A stretch of 63,625 nt of DNA, the filler included. It is 11 parts of 11 records of this genome, joined end to end, with 100 filler letters (N's around TTAATTAATTAA, not from the genome) between each part and the next. Parts side by side here need not be neighbours in the genome. Positions count along the whole stretch, not along the records: positions 6,432 to 13,169 come from SRR31156797_188052; positions 13,270 to 18,341 come from SRR31156797_188198; positions 18,442 to 23,515 come from SRR31156797_191427; 8 more parts are not named here. One strand, 5' to 3'. The translations under genes were made by a program, and so were the position numbers. Numbering within the stretch: the first letter of the stretch is position 1; the number at the start of each line of letters is the position of its first letter. This document shows positions 9,650 through 19,923 of the stretch, piece by piece. The notes beneath the pieces are model-generated. The model was not told the DNA's origin, made no database searches, and worked only from the letters and a program-made list of their open reading frames with translations.

Positions 9650-11335
9650 ATGACTGTCTACGGATGGGTTATCCTGGTGGTCGTTATCGCCATCATCCTC
9701 ATCGCTGTGGGGATCTGGTTTATCCGGTCCTTTTATCGCCGATCGTCCAAGGAGATCGCTTTTGTCCGGACCGGTCTGGGGGGTCAAAAGGTTGTCATTG
9801 ACGGAGCAGCGTATGTCATCCCCATTTTCCACGACATTACGGAGGTCCATCTGAACACGCTACGGCTCTCCGTCGTCAGGGAAAATGAACGGGCCCTGAT
9901 CTCCAAAGATCGCATGCGTGTGGACGTTGCCGTGGATTTTTACATCCGCGTTCGCAAAGAGGAGGAGAGCGTCACCATCGCGGCCCAGACGTTGGGGCGA
10001 AAAACGGGCAGACCGGACGAGTTGCGTGAAATGATGGTGGGTAAATTTGTCGACGCCCTCAGAACGACTGCAGCGAGCATGGCCCTGGAAGATCTCCACG
10101 AACACCGGGCCAAGTATGTCCAAGCCGTGGGACAGGCCGTGGCGGACTCTTTGAAGAAAAACGGATTCGAGCTGGAATCGGCGAGTTTGATCGATTTGGA
10201 CCAGACCGATATGGAATACTTCAATCCGTCCAATGCGTTCGATGCCGAAGGTCTCACCCGGCTGACGGACGAAATCGAACAGCGCAAAAAGATGCGAAAC
10301 GATATCGAACAGGATACCCTGATCCAGATCCGGACAAAAAACCTCGAAACGGAAAAACAGAGCCTCGATATCGAACAGGAAAGTGAATTCGCCCGCCTGG
10401 AGCAGGAAAAAGTTCTGGAATTTCATAGGGCCCAGCAGCAGGCAGACCTCATCCGCGAAAGAGCGGAACGAAAACGGGAGTCCGAAATTGCCGATATCGT
10501 CGCCAAGGAACAGACGGAACAGGCGAGAATCGCTTCCCAGCGCCAGTTGGAACAGGACCGCATCGGGCAGCAGCAGGATATAGAAGCCATGGAGATCGAA
10601 CGGCGCAAAGCCATCGAACTGGCCGAGCACCAACGCAGCATTGCCATCGCCGAATCCTCAAAAGCTGAAACTTCGGCCCGCGCCGAGGCGGATGAGATTC
10701 GTGTCACGGCGATTTCCGCAGAAGAGGCGATCTTTACAGTGCGTGAAAAGGCGCAGGCGGACCGTAAAAAACAGGTAGAACTGATTCTGACCGCTTTGGA
10801 GGTGGAAAAGGACCAATTGCGTCAAAACAAGCGAATGGAGACGGAAAAAGCCGTAGCCGCCGAACAGGCGGAGATCGAACGCATCGCAGCGCAGGCTTTT
10901 GCAGATGCGCAAAAAACCAAGTCCGAAGCATGGCAGGTTCGAAACCAGGTGGAATCCGAGGGGATCCGCCTCAAGGCCGAGGCCAACAACATCGCAACAC
11001 CCGAGGCCCGGACATCCTCCTTGCGCCTGCGTCTGGTGGAAAAGCTGGACACGATCATTCGCGAAAGCGTAAAACCCATGGAAAAAATCGATGGTATCAA
11101 GATTGTCCATTTAGACGGCCTGACCGCTCCCGCAGCCGGCGGATCGTCACCATCGGATGGCGAGGGGGGGCTCACCGACCGCCTTGTAAGCAGCGCCCTG
11201 CGCTACCGGGCCCAGGCACCCTTACTGGATCACCTTTTGGGTGAAATTGGCATCGATGGGGGTGATCCGAGTAAACTCACCCATCTTTTGGGTGAACTGA
11301 AAAAGGAATCCTCCGGAAAAGGAAAGGAAAAGTAA
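9650..11335 (+). CDS. Flotillin / SPFH (band 7) family protein
   Basis: N-terminal TM helix, FVRTGLGGQKVV, FNPSNAFDAEGLT, long AE-rich coiled coil, KPMEKIDGIKIV flotillin tail; AGGAGG RBS. Confidence 0.9.
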   Translation: MTVYGWVILVVVIAIILIAVGIWFIRSFYRRSSKEIAFVRTGLGGQKVVIDGAAYVIPIFHDITEVHLNTLRLSVVRENERALISKDRMRVDVAVDFYIRVRKEEESVTIAAQTLGRKTGRPDELREMMVGKFVDALRTTAASMALEDLHEHRAKYVQAVGQAVADSLKKNGFELESASLIDLDQTDMEYFNPSNAFDAEGLTRLTDEIEQRKKMRNDIEQDTLIQIRTKNLETEKQSLDIEQESEFARLEQEKVLEFHRAQQQADLIRERAERKRESEIADIVAKEQTEQARIASQRQLEQDRIGQQQDIEAMEIERRKAIELAEHQRSIAIAESSKAETSARAEADEIRVTAISAEEAIFTVREKAQADRKKQVELILTALEVEKDQLRQNKRMETEKAVAAEQAEIERIAAQAFADAQKTKSEAWQVRNQVESEGIRLKAEANNIATPEARTSSLRLRLVEKLDTIIRESVKPMEKIDGIKIVHLDGLTAPAAGGSSPSDGEGGLTDRLVSSALRYRAQAPLLDHLLGEIGIDGGDPSKLTHLLGELKKESSGKGKEK

Positions 11336-11338
11336 CCC

Positions 11339-11779
11339 ATGGCAAAGGTATACCGATCCACCATACTCGATGCACCAGCGGACCGTGTCTGGCGGGACAT
11401 CCGGGACTTCAACGGTTTGGCCAACTGGCATCCGGCCATCGCCTTGAGCCGAATCGAAAACAGCCATCCTTCGGACAAGGTGGGCTGCGTAAGAAATTTC
11501 CAGCTCAAGGACGGCGGGAGAATTCGTGAAAAACTGCTCAGTTTGTCCGATTATGACTACACCTGCATGTATGCCATTCTTGAAAGCCCCATGGAGGTCA
11601 CCGACTATGTTGCGATATTGAGACTGCTGCCCGTTACCGAAGGCAACCGCTGTTTTATCGAGTGGTCGGCGGAATTCGACTGCCCTGCAGAAAAAACAGC
11701 CGACCTGATCGAAACGATCGGTGACGGCGTGTTCCAGGGCGGTTTCGATGCATTGAAGAAACGATACGGGAAACGATGA
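11339..11779 (+). CDS. SRPBCC (polyketide cyclase/dehydrase, MxaD-like) family protein
   Basis: APADRVWRDIRDFNGLANWHP...VGCVRNF...IREKLL pattern. Confidence 0.88.
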   Translation: MAKVYRSTILDAPADRVWRDIRDFNGLANWHPAIALSRIENSHPSDKVGCVRNFQLKDGGRIREKLLSLSDYDYTCMYAILESPMEVTDYVAILRLLPVTEGNRCFIEWSAEFDCPAEKTADLIETIGDGVFQGGFDALKKRYGKR

Positions 11780-13169
11780 GAACTACCGTACTTCGATCCG
11801 CCGTCATCGAAGCACCCATCGGGCGGGTATGGGCTGTCCTTCGGGATTTCAACAGCCACCTTTTGTGGCACCCGACCGTTACTGAGAGCCAGTTGGAAAA
11901 CGATTTGGACGGAGACGTGGTGGGCGGTGTCAGACGATTCACCCTGGACAGTGGTGTGGAACTCAGGGAACAGTTGCTGTACCACAGCGATGCCGCGCAT
12001 ACATACACCTATAGCATCCTTGACGCCCCTCTCCCGTTTTTCGACCATATCGCAACGCTGCGCCTCAAACCCGTTACAGACGGAGACCGAACGTTCCTGG
12101 AATGGCGTTCCCAGTACCGTACTTCAGATGATCGCGCGGCAGAACTCGAAGATCTTGTGGCCAATCAAATCTATGAGGCCGGAATCGCCGGATTGAGGGC
12201 CTATCTATTTGAAAAAAGCGCCCCATCGTCTCGATCGGTAAGAAAAACTGAAGCACCCTTCGGACCGGACATCCACAAAGGGGACTCTGTACCCAGCAAC
12301 GCCCTGGTCCTGGCGTCTTCCAGCAGCCGGGAAGAAGCCCTTTCCATGATTCAGGTGACTGTACCGCCGCCTAAAACCGGTCAGGTGCGGATTCGTCTGA
12401 CGGCCATCGGAATAAACGATTGGATTGCCGGACGACCTTCAAAAACGGAGCGATCGTGGTCACCGAGCATTGAGGGCGTCGGGGAGATTATCGATACGGG
12501 GTCTCAGGTCTACGGCCTGTTTCCGGGAGATCGTGTCGCTTATATCGACGACAGCTATGGTGCCTACGCCGAAATTCGGTGTGTCGATGCCGACGCCTGC
12601 ATTCCTCTGCCGGATGCTGTCTCCGATGCCCAAGCGTCCACCCTTTTTACGGGAATTTCGGCGCAATTGCTTCTAAACCGAATCTTCAAAGCGCCCCCCG
12701 GATCAACGATCATGCTCCAGAACATCTTCGGCGGATTGGGTCATATTGTCAGCCAGTGGGCCAAACCAATGGGGATAACCGTCCTCGGAACGGTGTCTTC
12801 AATTGACGAGGCCAGGTTCTCCAAAAGCCATGGTTGCGACTATCCCATCATCTGTTCGCAAGACGATACCGTCCGGAACGAAGTGATGCGGGTCACTAAC
12901 GGCAAGGGTGTGGACTACTGGCTTCACAGCAGCGGCCTCGAAGGCCTGGATACGGCTGTCACATCCCTTTCCCGTTTTGGGCATCTTGCCGTCATCGGCA
13001 TTCGGGACGGAGAGTCCATTTTGCTGGACATCGCAACCTTGAAATCACGATCCCTCACGGTTTCAACCCCGGTTTTATTAGATTACCTGGGCCATCGCCC
13101 CTACCTCCAACATAGCGGCCACAAATACTTTACGGCCATTGAAAGAAAAATAATCCAACCGGTTGTTGA
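11776..13169 (+). CDS. SRPBCC domain fused to an MDR-family quinone oxidoreductase-like domain, 3'-truncated
   Basis: N-terminal ~145 aa parallels the upstream SRPBCC gene. C-terminus has EGVGEI, PGDRVAY, GAYAE, GGLG and TNGKGVD MDR motifs. Confidence 0.8.
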
Positions 13170-13269
13170 NNNNNNNNNNNNNNNNNNNNNNNNNNNNNNN
13201 NNNNNNNNNNNNNTTAATTAATTAANNNNNNNNNNNNNNNNNNNNNNNNNNNNNNNNNNNNNNNNNNNN

Positions 13270-14857
13270 TCAGTCGGCTGAGCCGCCCGTTCTCGCGCGA
13301 GATCAGTTCCAGGTAGTCCGTCACCTGCTGCTGATCCCGGTAGTGGCCCTCCAGCAGCGTATCGACGAGAACGCGCATGGAGGCCAGCGGGGTCTTGAGT
13401 TCATGGGTGACGGTGGCGATGAAATCGTTCTTGAGGCGGTTGAGCTTGACCTGCCGGCCGATGGCTTTGGCGGCCACGGCGCCGAAGGTGAGAATGAGCA
13501 TGATGACCAGCGTGCCGGTCCAGGTGTACGTCGCAATGCGTTCCCCCGCCGCTCGGTCGAGTCCATCGCCTTCCTTGAAGAACAATTCGATCTTCCAGTT
13601 CGGAAAATAAGCGCCGATGGCTCCGGTCGCAAACGGTTCCTTTTCGGGCTCGGTGACCCCCATGACGAGTCGCCCGGCCTCATCCAGAATGCGGCAGTCC
13701 ATGTATTCGTTTTGAAACGTACCGGCAACTTCGGTGAGTATCGAGCGAATGGTGTCTTCTGAAATCAGGGCGAAATAGGTGCGCTGTTGCGATCGGTGAA
13801 CCAAGCCGTAGGCAGTCGGTTCCTCGGCGCTGAGGGGCTGGAGCCTGTCCGGCAGCCACGTTTGGAACGCGGCCGTATCGGGAAAACGATCGAACAGGTC
13901 GATCGAACGCTCCTCGGCGGCGATCAACTTGCCCAGTGACACCTTGTGGATACTGTGCCATTGTGTCTGGAGCCTCGGTATCTCCCGGATCAAATCGAAG
14001 GCCTTCTGAGCGACGAAGAGGTTCTGATCGGCAGTCAGTGACGCGCCTTCCTGGTTGGGCTGATACAGCATCGCTACGAGCTTGGGGAAGGTGGCTTCGA
14101 GCATGTCCTCATACTGCGCCCGATCTCGCACCCAACTCAGCATCAGCAGCCGGGCATTGGCGACGAGCGAAAGGATGCTTGCGTCCCCCGTCTCAGCCAG
14201 CGGAGTGAAGACCGCCTGCTGGCACACTTCTACGGCCTCGTCAATACGGTCGAGCTTGCCCAGCGATCGGCTCTGTCCAATCACGGCGGCCAGATAGCGA
14301 CGATCGTAGGCTTGATTCGATCGGGGATCGGGCTTGGGCCAGGCCAGTCCTTGCTTGAGCAGCTTGGCCAAGCGCCGGGGATCGGTGAGTGCCGACCGGG
14401 CGTGCTTCTCATAGCGCTGGGCCGCCTGGGCATAGTCGCGTTCGACGAACTCCAACTGCCAGGCATCGGCGAACATGTCGGAGTTTCCGTCTGTTCCTCC
14501 GGCGTCCTGGGTCAGGGCTGGATAGAGCGGTGCGCCGGAGGCGGCATAGATCAGAAGCCCGTCGCAACCGTTCTGCCCCGTCGCGGCGACGAACTCTCGG
14601 TAGGGGTGAACCTCCTCATCTTGCCCCAGCCGCTGGCAGCGTTCCATCCAGTCTTGATCAACCTTTCGTATTGTCGCGTCGAGTCGGCTCTGGCAGAGGG
14701 TGATCAGCTTCTGTCGGATCACCAGACGCTCGTTGTCGATGGCCTCGTTCATGAACCACAACAAGCAGACGGTGGGTAGTATCACTACCACGATTAGCAG
14801 CAATACCACCCACCGAAACTGGCCGTAACCTGTATTTGCCTTCGCTCTGCTTCGCAC
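13270..14857 (-). CDS. Membrane sensor histidine kinase (HisKA), 3'-truncated
   Basis: Two TM segments flank a large extracytoplasmic region; H-box KNDFIATVTHELKTPLASMR. Confidence 0.9.
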
Positions 14858-14889
14858 CAGTTACCTCAAAGCGGCTTTCGTCGCCGGCG

Positions 14890-17800
14890 TCATTTGCCGG
14901 CCAGCGCCGCAATTTCGGCACTGCCCAGCGCGTGATTGTAGAGGCGGACGTCATCGACGGTACCACGGAAACACACCATGTCTCTGGCATGTCTGCCGAG
15001 TTTCAGAGTCTCTGCTTCAGCATCCGGGGCGCCGGACGGATCGGAGTTCTCGGTCACCAGCGTTCCATTCTTGTAGGCCTTGAGATTCTCTCCGTCGTAT
15101 GTGGCGGCGAGATAGTACCACGTATCGGCCTGCAGCGTTCCGTAACTGGCCGCGTGCCATGTACCTGCGACGCAGAGAGCGGCGCCACCGCGAAATTCAT
15201 CGATCATATGGTCCCAGTTGATCTGATAGTTCTTCTCGCGATGAATGGGACCGGTCTGTTTGTCGTCCGAGGGAGCCGAAGGGCTCTTGACCCAGGCCGC
15301 AATGGTCCAGGTGGGCGAGTTCTCGCGGTATCCGGTCTCCAGGTAGTCGTCCTGGCCGTCAAATTCCAGGGCGCCGCCGATCTTGCCGCCGGACGGCTGC
15401 CATTTGGCGCCGTTGACCAGCTTGCCTGAGCGACCATTGCCCGAGGCGTCGCTGGCCTCGTTACCTTCCGCCTCGTCGAGCTTCCACCAGCCGACCAGGC
15501 CCAGCGGCTGGGCCGTGCCGAAGACGTTCGGATGCAGATAGGCATCATCCTGCGGCGCGTGCCACGCGAGCTTGGAATTGCGTTCACCTCCGCCGTCATC
15601 GTCGCTGACCTGCACGTCGAAACCAATGGGCTTGCCGGCCACTGGTTTCGTACCCAGCGTACTCCAGGGCAGCTTGATCTCGGCGCGGTAACCGCCATTC
15701 GTTTTGGCGAAGGCTGCTTCAACACCGTTCATGTTGTTGTGCTGCGATTCGCCGAGCACTGGGGAACTGGCATCCCAGCCGAAATGGTACTGGAAATCGT
15801 TGTCGTCGTAGCTGCCGCGCTTGCTGTTATCGGCGTCGATGAAGACTTCGACCATGTCGTCGAGCCAGAATTCCTCGGAATCGTTCTGGAGGTCGTCGTC
15901 GGTGACATCGACCAGTACGTACAGGTTGTTCTTGTCATACAGCGTCTTGAACGAGGCCGAACAGTCGTCTTTCGACGACGGCGCATCGTAGTAGCTCTTC
16001 TTGAGATCATAGGCCTGGGCCGTGGCCCAGCTACCATCCACGTTACCGTCGATCGTCGGTGCGGTCTTCGTCGGCGCAATGCCGGCGGCGGGGGCCTGAT
16101 CGCTCCAACTGCCTCCCTGGCCTCCGACCTGCTCCATGGCTTGCTGGATCTGCATGATCGTACCAAAGACCTGGCCGACCGGTGGGAGGTTGTCGGCGCT
16201 CAGCTTGATACCGAAACCATTCGCCTCCTCGTTGGTTTGCAGCCGGATGGTGGTCTTGGCGCTGGCCTTGGCCAGTTGGGCCGTCGCCTGGCGAATCTGG
16301 TCACCCAGTTCACCTTCCGGCAGGTCCGTGTTTTGAAGAGCGAACTGAATCACGCCGGCCAGGTTGAGCATCACGAGCTTGCTCGTCGTTTCCGGTAGGG
16401 CCTTCAGGGCGCCTTGCAGCGGACCGCTGTCGGCGCTCCCGGAGCCTTGTTTCATCGCGGCCGCGGAGGTCGTAATGATATCCGGATTGAGTGACAGGAC
16501 CGTGGTCTTGTTGGCTTGATCCATGTAGCCGAAGATCTTCTCGTCGTTGGTCAACGTGATCTCATACTTGCCGTCTACGGGGTCCGTCTCATTGGCGATC
16601 ATATTGGCCGCGTTGAGTACGGTCGTCAGAAGGTCACGCGTCTTCTGGGGATTGGTGCTGGTGATGCTCAAGCCAAAGGCCCTGGCTTGTGGCGGGATCT
16701 CCTGATTCGGGATCAGCATACTGCCGGTCGTTGGTACGGCGAACAGCGCGATCTGCTCGATATTGCTGAACAGATCGGCTCCGATATCGAGACTCGTCGC
16801 GTTTAGGATCTGCTCGCCGACCGCTTGGGCCTGCATGGTGTCCGGCCCTCCCAACGCCAGGGTCACCAACATAATCGCCTCCGACGGCACGGCCTTCAGA
16901 TCGGCTTTGTTCAAGTTCGGTGTGTGAATCATGTTGTAGGCGACGCAATTGTGCCCGGTCTTGAGATGGGCATTGGCCTCCACTGCGATGCCGGTTTCCT
17001 CGATCGACAGTGAGGCGATGATATCATCGACGTTCTTGAAATCGATGAGGCCGTTGGCCATGTGGATTTGCTGCGGAATGTCGTCGGGCGGGAGGACCTT
17101 CATCAGGCCCTGATAGGCTTCATTGACGTTGAGCCAAAGCGTCAGTGCGTTGCCTTGGCGGGCGCGCTTGCTGATCTTGGCGAAGGACTGGTTGGCGGAG
17201 GCCAAAGAGGGCCCACCCATCAGGCCTTTGTACCGCTTGACCGCGGTGGTGAGTTGCTCGATGGCCTGGGTTGAGGGACTGGCCAGGATGACGACCGTGT
17301 CATCATATGAGGCACCGCCGCCGTCGGCGAAGTGAACCGTCTTCATGCCCTCGATCGCCTCGGCCTGACGACCGGCCATGCCGAGCCCGGCCAGTAGCAG
17401 GCCACGCAGGATGTCACTCTGACCCGGATACAGTACCGCAATCACCGACGGGGGACCGTCGTTGGCGATCTCGGCCAGTCCGGTGACACCGATTCCCATG
17501 CCGCGGATCTTCTTGAACTCGGCCATCATGCTCGGGTTCATCAAGGCGCCAACCATATTGGCAGGTCCCATGTCGTTGCCGGACCACTGATTGCCTCCGC
17601 CCATCATGGCCAGCGGATTCTCGAAGGGCGTGCCCTTGAGCATGCTGAGGACGGTCTCGATCTGTTTTCCGGGACTGCCGATCTCCAGGTACATGATCGT
17701 TCCCGGAGGCATCAAACTGGCCGGGTCGGCATTACCCAGTTCGTCGAGCAAGGGCTTGATCTTTTCGATCAGTTGGGTCTGATCGCCGTGCTCGGCCACC

Positions 17801-18075
17801 AACTTGCTGAAGGCGGCTTTGGCCTCCATCTCGTTCTTCAGTTTGATGTGGCACATGCCCTGGCGATAGAGCGCCTGGGCCACGAGGTTGTCCTGAGCGG
17901 AGTCGTCATCGATAACCTCCTGGTAGGTCTTGATCGCCGCCGGCAGATCGCCTTCGACCTCTTCGGCGTACAGGCCTTCGCGCAGCAGCACGGACGCCGA
18001 CTTGGCCAGAATGGTCGAACTGGTCAAGGTCAGCAACAACAACAGCATTCTGGGTAGCGACATTCGCTTGATCAT
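14890..18075 (-). CDS. Secreted multidomain protein: TPR-like N-terminus, central domain of unknown function, CBM9-like sugar-binding domain, LamG/concanavalin domain
   Basis: ATG at 18075 with AAAGGAG RBS; signal peptide; AQALYRQGMC TPR; APTIDGNVD...YDKNNLYVLVDVTDD...IGFDVQVSDDD (CBM9-like); GLVGWWKLDE...WYYLAATYDG...DDVRLYNHAL (LamG). Confidence 0.82.
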   Translation of the reverse strand: MIKRMSLPRMLLLLLTLTSSTILAKSASVLLREGLYAEEVEGDLPAAIKTYQEVIDDDSAQDNLVAQALYRQGMCHIKLKNEMEAKAAFSKLVAEHGDQTQLIEKIKPLLDELGNADPASLMPPGTIMYLEIGSPGKQIETVLSMLKGTPFENPLAMMGGGNQWSGNDMGPANMVGALMNPSMMAEFKKIRGMGIGVTGLAEIANDGPPSVIAVLYPGQSDILRGLLLAGLGMAGRQAEAIEGMKTVHFADGGGASYDDTVVILASPSTQAIEQLTTAVKRYKGLMGGPSLASANQSFAKISKRARQGNALTLWLNVNEAYQGLMKVLPPDDIPQQIHMANGLIDFKNVDDIIASLSIEETGIAVEANAHLKTGHNCVAYNMIHTPNLNKADLKAVPSEAIMLVTLALGGPDTMQAQAVGEQILNATSLDIGADLFSNIEQIALFAVPTTGSMLIPNQEIPPQARAFGLSITSTNPQKTRDLLTTVLNAANMIANETDPVDGKYEITLTNDEKIFGYMDQANKTTVLSLNPDIITTSAAAMKQGSGSADSGPLQGALKALPETTSKLVMLNLAGVIQFALQNTDLPEGELGDQIRQATAQLAKASAKTTIRLQTNEEANGFGIKLSADNLPPVGQVFGTIMQIQQAMEQVGGQGGSWSDQAPAAGIAPTKTAPTIDGNVDGSWATAQAYDLKKSYYDAPSSKDDCSASFKTLYDKNNLYVLVDVTDDDLQNDSEEFWLDDMVEVFIDADNSKRGSYDDNDFQYHFGWDASSPVLGESQHNNMNGVEAAFAKTNGGYRAEIKLPWSTLGTKPVAGKPIGFDVQVSDDDGGGERNSKLAWHAPQDDAYLHPNVFGTAQPLGLVGWWKLDEAEGNEASDASGNGRSGKLVNGAKWQPSGGKIGGALEFDGQDDYLETGYRENSPTWTIAAWVKSPSAPSDDKQTGPIHREKNYQINWDHMIDEFRGGAALCVAGTWHAASYGTLQADTWYYLAATYDGENLKAYKNGTLVTENSDPSGAPDAEAETLKLGRHARDMVCFRGTVDDVRLYNHALGSAEIAALAGK

Positions 18076-18123
18076 GGTGCGCTCCTTTCCAAACAGGTTA
18101 GCAGAGAGCATTCGTTTTGTACA

Positions 18124-18162
18124 AGCGTAATGTGCCTTATCGGTGTTACCGATTTGTTACCG
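18124..18162 (-). promoter_or_regulatory. OmpR/PhoB-type direct-repeat box with candidate -10
   Basis: TGTTACCG at 18144-18151 and 18155-18162 (11-bp period); -10-like TACGCT (18129-18124); upstream of an operon containing a HisKA kinase. Confidence 0.55.
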
Positions 18163-18441
18163 GTGTGTCCTTTTTCGATGAATTTTGCGGGGGTGTGACC
18201 ACGGCGCCGTGTCACGGCGTCTCGATGCGTCTGAAATGAAACAGGATGGCTCCGCTCCGCGGCGTGCGGAATGTGAACGATCCCGAAGTATCGGCGCTGA
18301 GCCGCTCGTACGGCGCCGTACTGTGTCATGTGCCATCGGCCNNNNNNNNNNNNNNNNNNNNNNNNNNNNNNNNNNNNNNNNNNNNTTAATTAATTAANNN
18401 NNNNNNNNNNNNNNNNNNNNNNNNNNNNNNNNNNNNNNNNN

Positions 18442-18969
18442 AAAGCGCTTGTTTTATACTGCAGCTATACCGGGAATACCGAAAAGGCCGCCAGGGCCAT
18501 TGACTCGGGCCTGAGAGACGGCGGGCTGGAAACGACGCTCGTAAAATTTCAGGACGCCGCGAACGTTGATTATTTTGATTACGATCTCGTCTGCGTCGGT
18601 GCGCCATCGTATAGCTGGAGCGTACCGAAGCCGTTTAACGATTTTCTAAAAAACAAATTTGAAGAACACAAGAAAGCCGGCAAGGTCCTGCCCGGAAGTC
18701 CGCGCGTCGGCAAAAGCGCACTCGTCTTTTGTACGTATTCGGGACCGCATACAGGCGATGCCGAGGCGGTACCGGCCGGCTTATATATGGGGCAATTTTT
18801 TGACCACATCGGCTTTGACGTCGTGGACACGTGGTATATCCTCAGTGAATTCGTCGGGAATGAGGCATTCAGCACAAATGGGCGCATGGGCGATATCCGC
18901 GGCCTGCCGTCTGAAGCCGACCTTGACGAATTAAAAAACAAGGCGCGCCGCCTGGCGCTTAAGCTTTAA
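18442..18969 (+). CDS. Flavodoxin-like protein, 5'-truncated
   Basis: Frame is open from the contig start: KALVLYCSYTGNTEKAA (FMN phosphate loop), YDLVCVGAPSY. The ORF track shows only the last 60 aa. Confidence 0.85.
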   Translation, partial: KALVLYCSYTGNTEKAARAIDSGLRDGGLETTLVKFQDAANVDYFDYDLVCVGAPSYSWSVPKPFNDFLKNKFEEHKKAGKVLPGSPRVGKSALVFCTYSGPHTGDAEAVPAGLYMGQFFDHIGFDVVDTWYILSEFVGNEAFSTNGRMGDIRGLPSEADLDELKNKARRLALKL

Positions 18970-19122
18970 TAAAACCATCTTTACGACAGACAATTATGCT
19001 GTCATCATCCGGCTGATTAACGCTGTTGCCAAACGGGAATATCACCTATAAAAGCGGCATTAAACAGCGCAGCCGTGATCGAATTTGTCCAAATCCAAAT
19101 ATACGCCTTGAACATCGTGCAG

Positions 19123-19158
19123 AAGGCACAAAGCACCATGCGGGCTTTGTGCCTTTTT
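19123..19158 (+). terminator. Intrinsic terminator
   Basis: AAGGCACAAAGC-N9-GCTTTGTGCCTT followed by T-run. Confidence 0.8.
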
Positions 19159-19160
19159 GG

Positions 19161-19189
19161 TTGATTTATCGGCGATTTTAAGGTATGCT
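19161..19189 (+). promoter_or_regulatory. Sigma70/SigA promoter of the molybdo-hydroxylase operon
   Basis: TTGATT-17-TATGCT; AAGGAGG RBS before GTG at 19228. Confidence 0.6.
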
Positions 19190-19227
19190 AAAGTTAAACA
19201 ATCAGACTGTCCTAAGGAGGATTTATA

Positions 19228-19920
19228 GTGAGTCACGAAGAAACCGTTAAAAGCGTTTACGGCGGCGCGCCCGACGCTGGCGTCGCCTTCACGCACGAGT
19301 CGGCGTCGGCGCTTTCTACCAAGGCGATCAACGCCATGCCCGCGACCCTGAGCGAATTTCGCTGTCCGACATGTTCGGCCGTTTTTACTACCCTTGAAGG
19401 CTTAAGCAGCCACTGTGCCTCGGAGCACCCGGATTGCGTGCTGCCCGAGGTCGTAAATCTGCACATTAACGACCGGGACTGCCAGGTGCTTGTTGAGCCA
19501 CACTGGACGCTCCACCGCGCGCTCCAGTACCGCTTGGGTCTTACGGGCGCCAAGCAAATGTGCGACCGCGGCGTGTGCGGCTCGTGCACGGTTATCATGG
19601 ACGGCCGCGCCGTCCTGGCCTGCACAACGCTTGTCATGGAATGCGAGGGCAAATCGATCATGACGATCGAGGGCATCGCGTCCGAGCCGAAATGGAAGCC
19701 GCTCATTGACGCCTACTGCCGGTGGGACGCCATGCAGTGCGGCTACTGTACGCCGGGCTTTCTTGTCACGGCCAAGGCCCTGCTGGACAAAAACCCGAAC
19801 CCGTCCGAGGACGAAATCCGCGAGGCGCTCTCGGGCAACATTTGTATCTGCGGAACTTACCCGCGCCACTCCACGGCCATACTGGAAGCGGCGATGAAAA
19901 TGTCAAAGGAAGAGGTGTAA
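19228..19920 (+). CDS. Xanthine-oxidase-family 2x[2Fe-2S] subunit with an N-terminal C2H2 zinc finger
   Basis: CDRGVCGSC...C and QCGYCTPG...CICG; N-terminal FRCPTCSAVFTTLEGLSSHCASEH. Confidence 0.9.
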   Translation: MSHEETVKSVYGGAPDAGVAFTHESASALSTKAINAMPATLSEFRCPTCSAVFTTLEGLSSHCASEHPDCVLPEVVNLHINDRDCQVLVEPHWTLHRALQYRLGLTGAKQMCDRGVCGSCTVIMDGRAVLACTTLVMECEGKSIMTIEGIASEPKWKPLIDAYCRWDAMQCGYCTPGFLVTAKALLDKNPNPSEDEIREALSGNICICGTYPRHSTAILEAAMKMSKEEV

Positions 19921-19923
19921 TCT

